A stretch of 44,057 nucleotides of DNA, taken from Catajapyx aquilonaris. Its lineage: Eukaryota. The stretch is from NCBI GenBank assembly GCA_000934665.2, contig JYFJ02003279.1:1-44057 (forward strand), in the 5' to 3' direction. The notes under the pieces are model-generated. The model worked only from the letters and a program-made list of their open reading frames with translations. It was not told where the DNA came from and ran no database searches. Of the stretch, positions 1 to 11,300 are shown in pieces (the first letter of the stretch is position 1; each line of letters opens with the position of its first letter). A program made the translations under genes and the position numbers.

Positions 1-1
1 G

Positions 2-163
2 CAACTTCGGCAACGCAGACCACGCACTTTGCTTGGCCTTCGGCAGACGTTACAGCAGATCTGGGATGCCGTCACCCCAAAAGACTGCGCAGACCTACAT
101 GACCTGATGCCAGCCCGCATCAAAGCAGTGATCAGAGCCAGGGGAGATGTCACACATTACTGA
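2..163 (+). mobile_element. C-terminal end of a Tc1-family transposase ORF (runs off the left edge)
   Basis: Frame +2 reads QLRQRRPRTLLGLRQTLQQIWDAVTPKDCADLHDLMPARIKAVIRARGDVTHY*, matching the typical Tc1 C-terminus (W..I....L..SMP.R..AVI.A.G..T.Y*). AATAAA follows at 184-189. Not listed in the ORF track. Confidence 0.85.
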
Positions 164-325
164 TGCATGTACTGTATCAAGTCAATAAAGAGTATTGCAC
201 CTGAGCGAATTAATTTGACAAAGCGCGCGCTGTGAGCGAATTGTCCTGCAACTTGTGACGCATTTTGTACTCTCATTAACTTTTTAACTATGTAAACTAG
301 GGTCCCCATTTTTAACCATCCAGTG
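164..325 (+). mobile_element. Putative 3' UTR and right terminal inverted repeat of the Tc1 element
   Basis: Ends ...GGTCCCCATTTTTAACCATCCAGTG (reverse complement starts CACTG, a Tc1-like terminus); the expected TA target duplication is absent and the left TIR is outside the window. Confidence 0.35.
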
Positions 326-509
326 GCTAAATACTGCCTTTGTCTGTGGAAAAATCCACGACATTGTGTCTTCAATAATTTCGCGCATTGGTGGGTTTCT
401 GCTCATCTATGGTGCAAATGTTCAGGGTGAGCGAATTACCATGCAGTTGGGCAAGTAGATATGTCAATCGATATATTTACGTATTTTATATATTTTTATA
501 TCTCTGTAG

Positions 510-1474
510 ATCCAGACCACCTTCTCCAGTGGACTCGAGCAGCTCTTCTGATCAACCCGGACGTGACGACCTTCTGGAACATGCGCAAGACCCTGGTCAT
601 GTCCGGACACTTGGACAAACCGTCTGAGATGCACTTCACCTGCATCGTGCTCACCCGAAAGCCCAAGAGTGTGGAGGCTCTCGGACACAGAAGGTGGCTC
701 CTGATGCGAGGGTGCCACGAAGCCATCAATGGACGGGACGGGTATGCTGCGTTGGATGGAGGCGGCGACCATCTGCAGGATGTCCTCCTGTCCGAGATGT
801 CCGTTGCGCTTCAGGCCGCTGGACGGTATCCCAACAACTACCATGCGTGGAGCCATGCTGCGTGGCTTCTGTCCCGTCTGATCGAGTGTGTTCAGGATCC
901 GATGTCGGCCACGATTCATCTTCTGGAGCAGTCCCGTCAGTGGGTGTCCGGACATGTGTCGGACCACAGCGGGATGTACTTTCGCCAGCGGCTGTGCGAC
1001 ACCTTCCATTCGTTAGCGGGCAATCCGGATAATCCGTTACGACCAGCCCAGATAGAAGAAGCAACGTCACTCATTCAGTCGCTTGTATCGCTCAACCCAA
1101 ACGACGTCGCTGAAATTCCGCATGCCATAACAGTTCTAGGATTCTACCTCTCCGAACTCCAATTTGTCAACGACCTAACGCGACATTTTCCGGGTCACGA
1201 GGCGATTTGGTACCAGCGTCGTTATGTGGTTACCCGCCTCGTTAGCATTCTGGGCCATCCGACCCCAATTAGTTCCAAGCATCTGCAATTGGAGGGGCTT
1301 AAAAGTCGAGAACTATCGAAATGCATGTACGCGGCTTTCAGACAAGCCGAGTTCGAGTTCCTGGAATCCGTACGAATCGGGACCAACGGCCAACCTGGAA
1401 TAAACCACGTGGCATTCCATGAAGACCTTTCCATACAGCATCGGAAGTGGCTCGCAACAATGCTGCACATGTAA
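510..1474 (+). CDS. PTAR1: Terminal coding exon of protein prenyltransferase alpha subunit repeat-containing protein 1 (GGTase-III alpha subunit); earlier exons lie outside the window
   Basis: PPTA-repeat motifs LLINPDVTTFWNMRK, RKPKSVEALGHRRW, RYPNNYHAWSH, HVSDHSGMYFRQ, FPGHEAIWYQRR. Pyrimidine-rich tract plus TCTCTGTAG acceptor ends at 509 (phase 1), so the ORF-track start at 461 is intronic. Stop TAA 1472-1474. Confidence 0.85.
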
Positions 1475-3589
1475 TTGATAAATCGCCCTTAATTGTAACT
1501 AATTGGTTGTGTACATACGAACCGTTGACATGCAGGTAATGTCCTAGAAGCGGTTCGGATAATTAGCGGCTACCTCCCCCGCCCGAAATGGCTGTAGAGC
1601 TTAATTACATTCCATCGTTAAAAAAACTGGTGCACTTTTTTTTTTAATTAAAAAAAAAAACCAACGAGTTATTTAAAAAATAACATCACAATTTTTTTTA
1701 TTGTAATCTGAACATGAAAACCTTTGTATCAAATAATTACCTTATGACCCACACTGCATATGTTGATCTAGTTTTTTTTTTCTTCCCCGCAACATAGAGA
1801 CACGAAAAAAGCGTTACATTTTCGCTTTGTTGTCGTTAAAACATTTGCGCACACACATACCTTTTTTTTTAAATGGATCGTACACATTTACCAACACTTT
1901 TATGTACACAGGTGCCAGTGAAAATAATTTTTTTGCAATTTTCCGTATTTCAAATTGCTCTTTTTTCCAGCACTATTTTGGAGAAAAAGTACAAAACTAC
2001 ACAACTACTTTGTAAGTTAAATTATTTTTTTTGTATCGACGACGACCCGAGAAAATAAATGTGCACGTTAAAATTAGTTGAAGGCACACTTACGTACTTA
2101 TTTCCATTTTTTTTTTAAACGACCGCTAACCCTGTTAACTACAACTTCGACGGAAAAAAAAAAATCCACCAACCAAAGGCACATAAGTTGTCTCGTTCGC
2201 CTGTTAACAATTAGCCCACCGTTTAAAATTTTTATAAAAAACAAACCGATCCGATCAAATCGAAAAAAAATTCCCTGCTCAAGTGAAAAATCGGTTAACA
2301 ACAAGTTAACAAGTCGACACTGCCCAGTTATCTAACAATTAAAGCAGTGCAAACGGTGTTAACACATGACCTTTTTAAAAATCCCCCCGAATAGGCACTA
2401 GAAAGGCGAACATTCCCGCAACCAGCCAAAAAAAAAGTTAACCGTTAACATGTGATTTTAAAAAAAAAGCGCTAGGAAAATATGTGATTAACAAGCAATG
2501 ATGCGGAAGACTTAGTCGGAAAAAAAATACGCATTAAAATAATCGCTATGTTACGCCCCACAAATAAATATTAACAAAATCTGTGAAAATTAACAAGCGA
2601 CTGTTAACATTGTTATTCACACAAAAATGTTAGTGTTACAGCTCGCTATATTAACAAATTTTTTAACATTAAAAAAAAGAAAACGAACAGCTTTCAAAAT
2701 ATTTCACACCCAAATATGTTAACAGTGTTAACCAACATCAGTCTAATTATTGTTCCAAGTCATGTATAAGTACGTTTTCTCGTTAAATTGCACTGATTAT
2801 TTTCCTAATTTAAAATATCCCTGACATTTTTTTTTTAAAGTGCTCAATGCAAAAATTTGTTAACTCCTCGATTTTTTTTATAAAAAAAACTCACATAGTT
2901 AGCACCGATTAACAGGTTACCAGCACATGCAACTCAAAAAAATCTGGAATGTTAACGCACTGTTTATCTTTTTTTTAAAAAAAAAAAATGTAGATATGTT
3001 GTTTTGTTTTTTGTTTAGTTTCCACGGACACAAAAATATAAACCACTTTTAATTAATTAATTATTATTTTTTTTCACAGGAAAATATTTTGGTCCGTGAC
3101 TTGCCGGGGCCGTAAAATGTCACCAAGTCACTTTATATTTCACGTAAAAAATGTGGCCCTCGTTTTTTTTTTAAATTCCATTTTAGCACAGGAAGCACCT
3201 TGATTATTTTCCAACAGAAAAAAATTAACTACTTGGAAAAAAAAATAGTTGGGGAGAGAAAACAATACAATGAAAAACCGAAAAAAGTCCACCACAAATA
3301 AAAATTAATGGAACCGAACAAATCTACTTTTAAAAAAAATGCATTTTTTTTTAAATGTGCGAAAACAAGAACCGCTTTACGTACACATCGGTTTGAAAGC
3401 AGTTTTTAAAAAATAGATTACAGCTTAATATTGCAAAATTGTGTAAGTACTGCTCATTTGCGATATATTATTTTCATAGCACCTTGTATCAGTGGCTACA
3501 GTTTATTTATTTTTTAATTATTATTTTTTTAAGGCAAAAAATAACCAGCGCTCATTGCGAATCGTCTCGAACGATTACACCTGAGACGA

Positions 3590-4110
3590 TCAATTTTTAA
3601 TTGAAAAATTAATTTTAAAGACCGTTGCAAATTGGGGGGGGGGGTTAAAAGTACGCTCTCATTAATATTGATTAATTTCAGGTTTTTGCAGGACAATAAT
3701 TCCACCAGTACTTTTAAAAATTTAACATTACTTATCGACATTGTTGTGCAATTTCCAACCGGAATCATTAATTTTTAAGAGCGTTGCAATTTTTTGACGT
3801 TCAAAGTACGCTAATTATTAATTTCATGTTTTATCGCCGGACAATAACTGAATTCCCCCAGTACTTTTTTTTAAAAACGAACTTATCGACATTGTTGCGA
3901 AAGTCACGAGAAGCCGAAATGTAATAATGCAACAGACAGCAAATTAATTCACGTTTCCAATAATTGAGGAATTAAAATTTTTAAGAGCGTTTATACACTT
4001 TCTCATTAGTTAAATTAATTTCATGTTTTTGCCATGGCAATAATTCCACCGGCTCTTTCAAAAATATTCGACATAACTTATCGCCATTATCGCGAAATTA
4101 TAAGGCAGAA
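3590..4110. repeat. Degenerate direct repeats in the PTAR1-ATP8B convergent 3' region
   Basis: ATTAATTTCA(G/T)GTTTT...CAATAA...TTCC.CC...TTT..AAAA...ACTTATCG.CATT recurs near 3671, 3817 and 4015. Confidence 0.6.
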
Positions 4111-4713
4111 GAATACGCAACGTAAATTCAACGCAGGACAAATACTAATTAACAAATTGCGCTTACATGTTGACGACAAACTCGAAATGATTGCAAATAC
4201 TTTTTTTTTATATTTTAAAAAAACCCTAAGTCATCGAACAGTAAATTATTGCTAATTAATTCACAACATAAATTCGCGACGGGCCAAATACAAATTAACT
4301 AATTGCACTTCACGGGTTGACAACTCAAAAAAATTAATCCAAATACTTTTTTTTTATTAAAAAAGAAATGTGTAAAAAGTCATTGAACCGATTAAAAATG
4401 ACGACTGTTAAAATCACGTGTCCGTTAAAGAGAGACGTTAACTTATAATTAATCAACAATATCTCCGGTGGGGGAAATACAACAGCAGGACTTTTTTTTA
4501 CTTTGCCAGTACTTTTATAAATTCAACGCTTGAAAAAACCCTCGCTCGTTATTGAAATTGTTGTGACGTCACGAGGCAACAAGCCGAAATGAAAAAAACA
4601 CAAAAATGTAACAACTTGACCCCCAAAAAAAACTAAACCAGGAAAAAAAACTATGGGTCAATTTTTGGACCGTAAAACGAAAATTAAACGATTCAATTTG
4701 CAACCTAATTATC

Positions 4714-5346
4714 TCACAGCCTGACGACATCCGTGTCGTCCTCTTCGTCGACCATGAGGAATGCCTGGTGCTGCTGACTATTGTTGACGCCTGGAGTCAC
4801 TAGCTTCACTTGCGGCTCCGGACGCGGGGAGTTCGCGGCCGCACTTGGAAGCAAAAACTGCGAACTGAGCTTCCCCGGTTGGGCCAAAGCGGCTGCGGTA
4901 TCACCACCACCGTTGGTCGGAGTCCTCGGGATCTTCCGCATGATCTTACCCGATGTGATCAACCGGCCGAAGCCTTCTTGATGTGCAAACGCATACCCGG
5001 ATCTGAGACTTCTCCGGCTTCGTCTGGCCGACGGTGTCCGTAGCACATCCTGCGACTTTTGGGATCTCAACGATATCATACGCTGCTTCAATCTAACTCG
5101 GTCCGATAACGTAGGCCGCGTGTCGGTGAAGTAGAACCGCCACGCAAGAACCGGTATCACCAAAATTGTGACGGTTAAGAGAGTCGTGAACCAGAAGGTG
5201 GCCTGCTGCATCGCCTTCGTAAGGGATCCCAAGTAAGATCCTTTGAACACGTAGTTGTAGGAATAGTGGAGAACAAAGTAGCAGAGGACCGAACCCCAAA
5301 TTGTCGTGTGGTTGAACGTCGTCCAGTATGACGTGTCTAACGTAAT
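4714..5346 (-). CDS. ATP8B: ATP8B last coding exon (ITLDTSYWT...DTDVVRL*)
   Basis: Acceptor TTGCAG, phase 0, 633 nt incl. TGA; last TM helices and GYAFAH regulatory tail. Confidence 0.92.
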   Translation of the reverse strand: MTLDTSYWTTFNHTTIWGSVLCYFVLHYSYNYVFKGSYLGSLTKAMQQATFWFTTLLTVTILVIPVLAWRFYFTDTRPTLSDRVRLKQRMISLRSQKSQDVLRTPSARRSRRSLRSGYAFAHQEGFGRLITSGKIMRKIPRTPTNGGGDTAAALAQPGKLSSQFLLPSAAANSPRPEPQVKLVTPGVNNSQQHQAFLMVDEEDDTDVVRL

Positions 5347-8300
5347 CTGCAATAAGAAACGGGTTTAAGTACATGTAAAACATTCATTGTTGTGAATACT
5401 AACTTGGGCTGTGACGACAATCACAAGTATTGTCGATACGACGCTTCCGAACAGCATATGATCGGACATCACGAGTCCCTCGGGCGACACCGCATCGTGG
5501 TAGGAACCTGCCGAATCATACATTTTTAACACAATCCTTACACAACGCGACTTGCAGCTTACCATACGGTACGAAGAACAGGACAGCCGACGTGATAAAC
5601 CCGTGAAGCGCACTTTTAAAAAACTCCTTCTTGTTAAACAGTAGGTTCAAATGTCCCGGAGCGTACAACTTCGGATACTTCAGACTGTTCTTGTCGTCCA
5701 CATCCTGGTCGAATATCCCGAGGGACAAGACGGGAAGGGAAGTGTAGAAAAGGTTGTAGACCGATATGAACATGGGATCAAACACGGTCTGAGCGGAGAA
5801 CCCGCAGAAGAAGGCGAACCAGAAATGGGTGAGGGTGAATGCGAAGTTTTTGTAGAAGAAGTACCGGAGAAACTTGGCCATCCGATAGTAGGACCAACGG
5901 CCGTGGACCAGGAGGAGACGCTCTAGGAACCGGAATTGGGCTATGGAATAATCGGAGGCCAAGACGGCTTGGAGGCCTTCCTGGCCGCTGATTCCAACGC
6001 CTATGTGTGCGGCTGAAACGATAATAAAATATTAACTATCGGACGTTAACAAATGGATGAAAAGCTCACCTTTGATCATCGACACATCGTTAGCTCCGTC
6101 TCCAATCGCAAGAGTCACCGCCTTCTTAAACTTCTTAACGAGTTCGACCACAAGCGCTTTCTGAAGCGGCGTAACTCTGCAGCATATCACAGCTTTACCT
6201 GCGATTGCAAAATTCATGTCAGCAATAGTCGGGACAATAATCGCGGCGTACTTACACTGACTTGCGACATCAAGGAAGAGCTTTTCCATCTGCGGATGAA
6301 GAGCGTGAACCAACGAGTGGCCGTTTACCACTACAGCGAACCCTCCATTGCCGTCACCATCGTCCGACATGTGGCTCTGGTTGTAATCCGCATCGGTACT
6401 AGAACAACAAAAGTTAAATTCAATCGCTCGTTACCAAAAACGCCAACCGCAACTTACCTGAAAGTGACTACGCTAACTTCAGTCGCACGTATCGGAAGCG
6501 GACTCCACCCTTTGTTGAGCTGGTCCTGATATTTCGTGAGCTGGCCGTACACGTCTTCGTAAGTATAAGCGTCGACTATCAGTATGTCGTTTAGTTCGTC
6601 CGTCAGCAGCTGGCAGGAGTAGCCGATGTTAATGGCCGTCTCTGTACAGAACAAGTTGTTAGTAATTGTAAGCGATTACTAAATATGAAATGCAAACCTT
6701 GCTTATCCCCGGTGAGAACCCAGATCTTGATTCCAGCGAGTGCGAGGTTCGCGATACACTGCGGAACTCCATCTTGCAGTTTGTCCTCGATTGCGGTCGC
6801 TCCTAACAGCTCCAAATCCTTCTCGATCTCCTCGTACATTGCGTCTAGCTTTTCCTCCCTTCCTTCCATCGAAATGGACGCCTCGTGATGCCTAGTCTTC
6901 CAGTCTGCAAAGTACGCTTCTTCCAGCTTCTTCTCGGCCAGACACAGCGTCCGTAATCCTTCTCCGGCGAACTTGTTCAGATGCTCCTGCGTCTTCGCCT
7001 TAATCTCGTCCGATCCGGGCTTCACCCTCTCGTATATTATGGAATCGGCCCCTTTGCAATACAGGATAATTTGGCCGTCATGACGAAGAATGACGGACAT
7101 ACGTTTCCGAACATTGTTGAAGTCCAAAATACAAAGAAGCTCGTACACCTCAGTCTGGCCCATCACCTGTTAATAAATTGCGTGAGGTACTATGCGCCGA
7201 TGATAACGCAGCGATTCCTAACCTGAATAGTGATGCTATTGGGAGTCCGCTCTTTGAAGACGAATCCGAAGTTTCTGGCCGCGTTTACCAAAGCTTCTTC
7301 ATCCGGAGACTGCGCCTGGTACACTAACTTGCCTCCCTTCTCGTCCGGCATCACCGTGTGACAAAGAGCAAGCAGACGGAAGAAGCTGTGCGGCTTCGGG
7401 CTGCCTCCTCTAACCGCATCCAGAAGCGTCCTGTCGTAAAATTTGAATTCCGGCTCATACAAAGTGTTCCAGGAGAAGTCGAGAGACGGAAAGTTCTGCG
7501 AGAGACAAAAAAACATTTGAAACTTGCACATTACTCTAAAAGAGCTGAAGAATCATAGCATGCTGTTAAGACCCTGTAATCATTCGCATTCATCTAGTTT
7601 AACAACACACATTGCATTCACAGACATTAACAAGTGCACATTCCCGCAATAACAGCACAATTATTTCCCCAATTTTGCAACTTCCATACATTAATGTTGA
7701 AAAATGTACGATGAATTCAACGTACGATGTAAATGAATATTAATGTAGAAAAATGTACGATTAATTCAACGTACGATGCAAATGAATTAATGTAGAAAAA
7801 TGTACGATGAATTCAATGTACGCTGTAATTGAATTAATGTTGAAAAATGTACGATCGATGAAGTCAATGTACGATGCGAATGAATTAATGTTGAAAAATG
7901 TACGATCGATGAAGTCAATGTACGATGCGAATGAATTAATGTAGAAAAATGTATGATGAATTCAATGTACGCTGTAATTGAATTAATGTAGAAAAATGTA
8001 CGATGAATTCAACGTACGATGTAATTGAATTAATGTCAAAAAATGTATGACGAATTCAAGGTACGATGTAATTGAATTAATGTAGAAAAATGTACGATGA
8101 ATTCAATGTACGATGTAATTGAATTAATGTCAAAAAATGTATGACGAATTCAAGGTACGATGCAAATGAATTAATGTAGAAAAATGTACGATGAATTCAA
8201 TGTACGATGCAAATGAATTAATGTAGGAAAATGTATGATGAATTCAATGTACGAAGTTAACGAATTAACTTAAGAAAATGTACGATGAAAATGACGAGTT

Positions 8301-11300
8301 CCCTCAAAGTTACGGACGCAACGTTACGGACAAACAGATTTTCCACTGACAATTCGTTAAGCTTATGTAAATCCCAGCGAACGGACAAGAAGCGAAACCC
8401 CGATTTTTTTCTACTTGGCTAATTTTTTTTTTAACGAGAGCTTGCGAACAAATGTAAAATATTTTTTTTCTGATTTGGGGGCCGTACAATAGTTGAATCA
8501 GAGTCACACGATTCGTAGAAGGGATCCCAAAAGTCACAAAAGTCCTGCAAGCTGCTCTCTGAGTGGTCAAAGCTTCCGTATCCGTAGTAACGGCAGGAAT
8601 TTACACCTCCCAGGAGGTAAGTACCCTCATCGACAGTAGGCTCGTCATCACAGGAATGATCCGCCACCGCCAAACCCTTCACCATAAGCCGGGGGGGAAA
8701 AAAAATGTGTCACCAAAAAAATCACCACCACCGTACTTCATGTATGCAAATTAAAAACCCGAAGAACGAGACTCACCTCAGTGATTTCTAACGGTTCGCC
8801 TGTCCTTTCGTCTATTATTTCACCGTAGGACTTGCCGTTTATTGACGCTTTGTTGAAAGTCATTATGTTCTAGAAAATAAATATATCATTGCAGTGTGTA
8901 GTTGCTTCGATTTAATACGAAAACGGCTCACTTGAGTTAGAGTTCCAGTCTTATCCGAGAAAATATACTCAATCTGTCCCAGCTCTTCGTTTAAGGTAGT
9001 TGTCCTCGCTTTAGCAGGAGTGTCCGTCTTCCCATAATACATTTCCTCGTCCCAGTTGATCAGGAAACTCTGCGCTAAACGAATCACCTCCACACTGAAA
9101 ACCAATTGCAAAATGAACATGTTGTGCGGACAAAAAAATTTACGGACAAACTTACCTAACATATAACGAGATAGGCACGACGGTGTTTAGGATGATTGCG
9201 TATGAGAAGAAGACTAGAAGGGCAATGACAGTGGCTCCCTCTGTGGGTCCCTCGGGTATTAGCGTGTCCCAAGGGAGGTAGATACGGAAATGTTGACCCG
9301 TCACTGTCTCCCAGATGCCACACGCAATTGTGCAGAACAGGCACATGGACAGCAGGAAAAATACTATCTGTAAAGTGAAGCATGTAAAACTACGACCGTC
9401 CAAACCGTCCGAACATATAATACTTACCCCTACGATGATAAAGTTAAGGAGCTTATCGATGGAGGTCCTCTTGAACTTGGTCTTCCCTGAGTTCTGCATC
9501 AGCTTGGTGTCCCTCCCTGCGAAGACGACCACTCCGTAGCACCAGCCAGTGTTCCTGAGGACGCATCCGCGCAAAAGGATCTTGTCATTATCCAGCGAGA
9601 ACTTGTCTCCTCCCCAGTGAAGCGTTCCTTCGAACTTGTTCAGATGATTGTTCGGCGGCTCACAATGGATCTCACCATCGAATCCGCCCAACCTGTAACC
9701 GTAATTTGTGTCACAAATCGTATGGTATGAAAACGAGATAATACGGACCTCCGCTCATCTTGTCCGAGAGCAGCGGTTTCAGTCAAGCACTGTCGGCACT
9801 TGAGGTTTGTTTCTCCGTCCAGCTCTGCAGTCTCTATGTAACAAAGCCCGTTTGGCTCACTGGTTGACAGAATGAGGATGTCCGCGGCCACAAACTGGTC
9901 GTTCTCCATGCGGATGACATCGCCAACCTGCACCTTGTACCAAAGCTCCTCCACCAGGCGCCCATTCCTCAGCACTGCGGACTTACGATTGTTCACCTGG
10001 GAGTCGCTCCTGTGACGTTGCTGCGGATAACGAGAAACACCTCAATGTCACAACTAATTATACGAAGCATTGTAACGCTTCTAATTAGTTTAGCAGCTGT
10101 GCAGTTCATAAGCAAGTGCGATTCTTACAAAGTCATCATAGGCATCCTTGGCGGCTGTGAGGGCTAACACTAGTATAAGAGGGACGGCTGTGGTGAATGG
10201 AGTCAACGATGAGATCACAGGGATCACCTGCACAGAAGACGAATATTATTAAGACACACGTACTATTCAAAAGTGATCAAACGCAAGAGAACCAATCGAA
10301 CTGACCTGCAGCACCAAGAGGCACAGAAAATAAAAGTTGGCCAACCTCTGGAACTGCTCGAATAAGTTGAGTGGCACGAAAGTGAAAATGCTGTATTTGG
10401 ACGTCTTGATGTAGTTGTTCTGAAAATAAATTAAGGAAATTAAGGGAGATTAGACCAAGTCTACTTAAAGTGCATAATGACACCAACACCTGTTGCAACA
10501 ACTCCCTACAGCTTCTAATTAACTTTTAACAGCAAGAAATTCTTGCAGGTCTAGTCGCACTCGTGCATCATTAACCACATCCTAATTATTATATTCGTTC
10601 ATTTCATTCGTTTATTTTATTATAATCTTATTAGTTCGCCTACTTTATTTTATCAGGTTCTTGTATATTAGGCTATTGTATTAGTTTATTACTTTACTTA
10701 TTAGTTTATTAGGTTATTCATATTAGTTCATTCGGTAGTTTATTAGGTTATTCATGTTAGTTCATTTATTAGTTTATGAATTTATTTTATAAGTTTCTTA
10801 TTAACCTGGCTTACACTAAAAATTAACTAATACAAGTTAATAAGATCAACTAATGTAATAAATTAATAAACTAATAAAATAAACTAATAAAATAAACTAA
10901 TAAATGAACTAATAAAATGAACTACGGTAATAAATGAACTGATAAAATGAACTACGGTAATAAATGAACTGATAAAATAAACTAATAAATGACCTGATAC
11001 AAATAACAAACTAATAAATGAACTGATACAAATAAACTAATAAATGAACTGATACAAATAACAAACTAATATATTTATAAACTAAAATTAATTTTAAGTT
11101 ATTTATATTAGTTCATTTTATTATGAGTTAATTTATGTTATTATTAGTTATTATGAGTTAATTTATGTTATTATTAGTTATTATGAGTTAATTTATTTTA
11201 TTATTAGTTATTATTAGTTAATTTATGCTATTATTAGTTATTATGAGTTAATTTATTTTTTATTACGGTAGTTCTTATTATTAGTAGGCTGCATCAGTTA

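Noticed and set aside
461..509. ORF-track N-terminus MSIDIFTYFIYFYISV of PTAR1
   Set aside because: It is the AT/pyrimidine-rich intron end before the AG at 508-509; PTAR1 similarity begins after it.
388..1470. Overlapping alternative-frame and antisense ORFs over PTAR1 (and likewise over ATP8B exons)
   Set aside because: Shadow ORFs of GC-richer coding sequence with no recognisable motifs.
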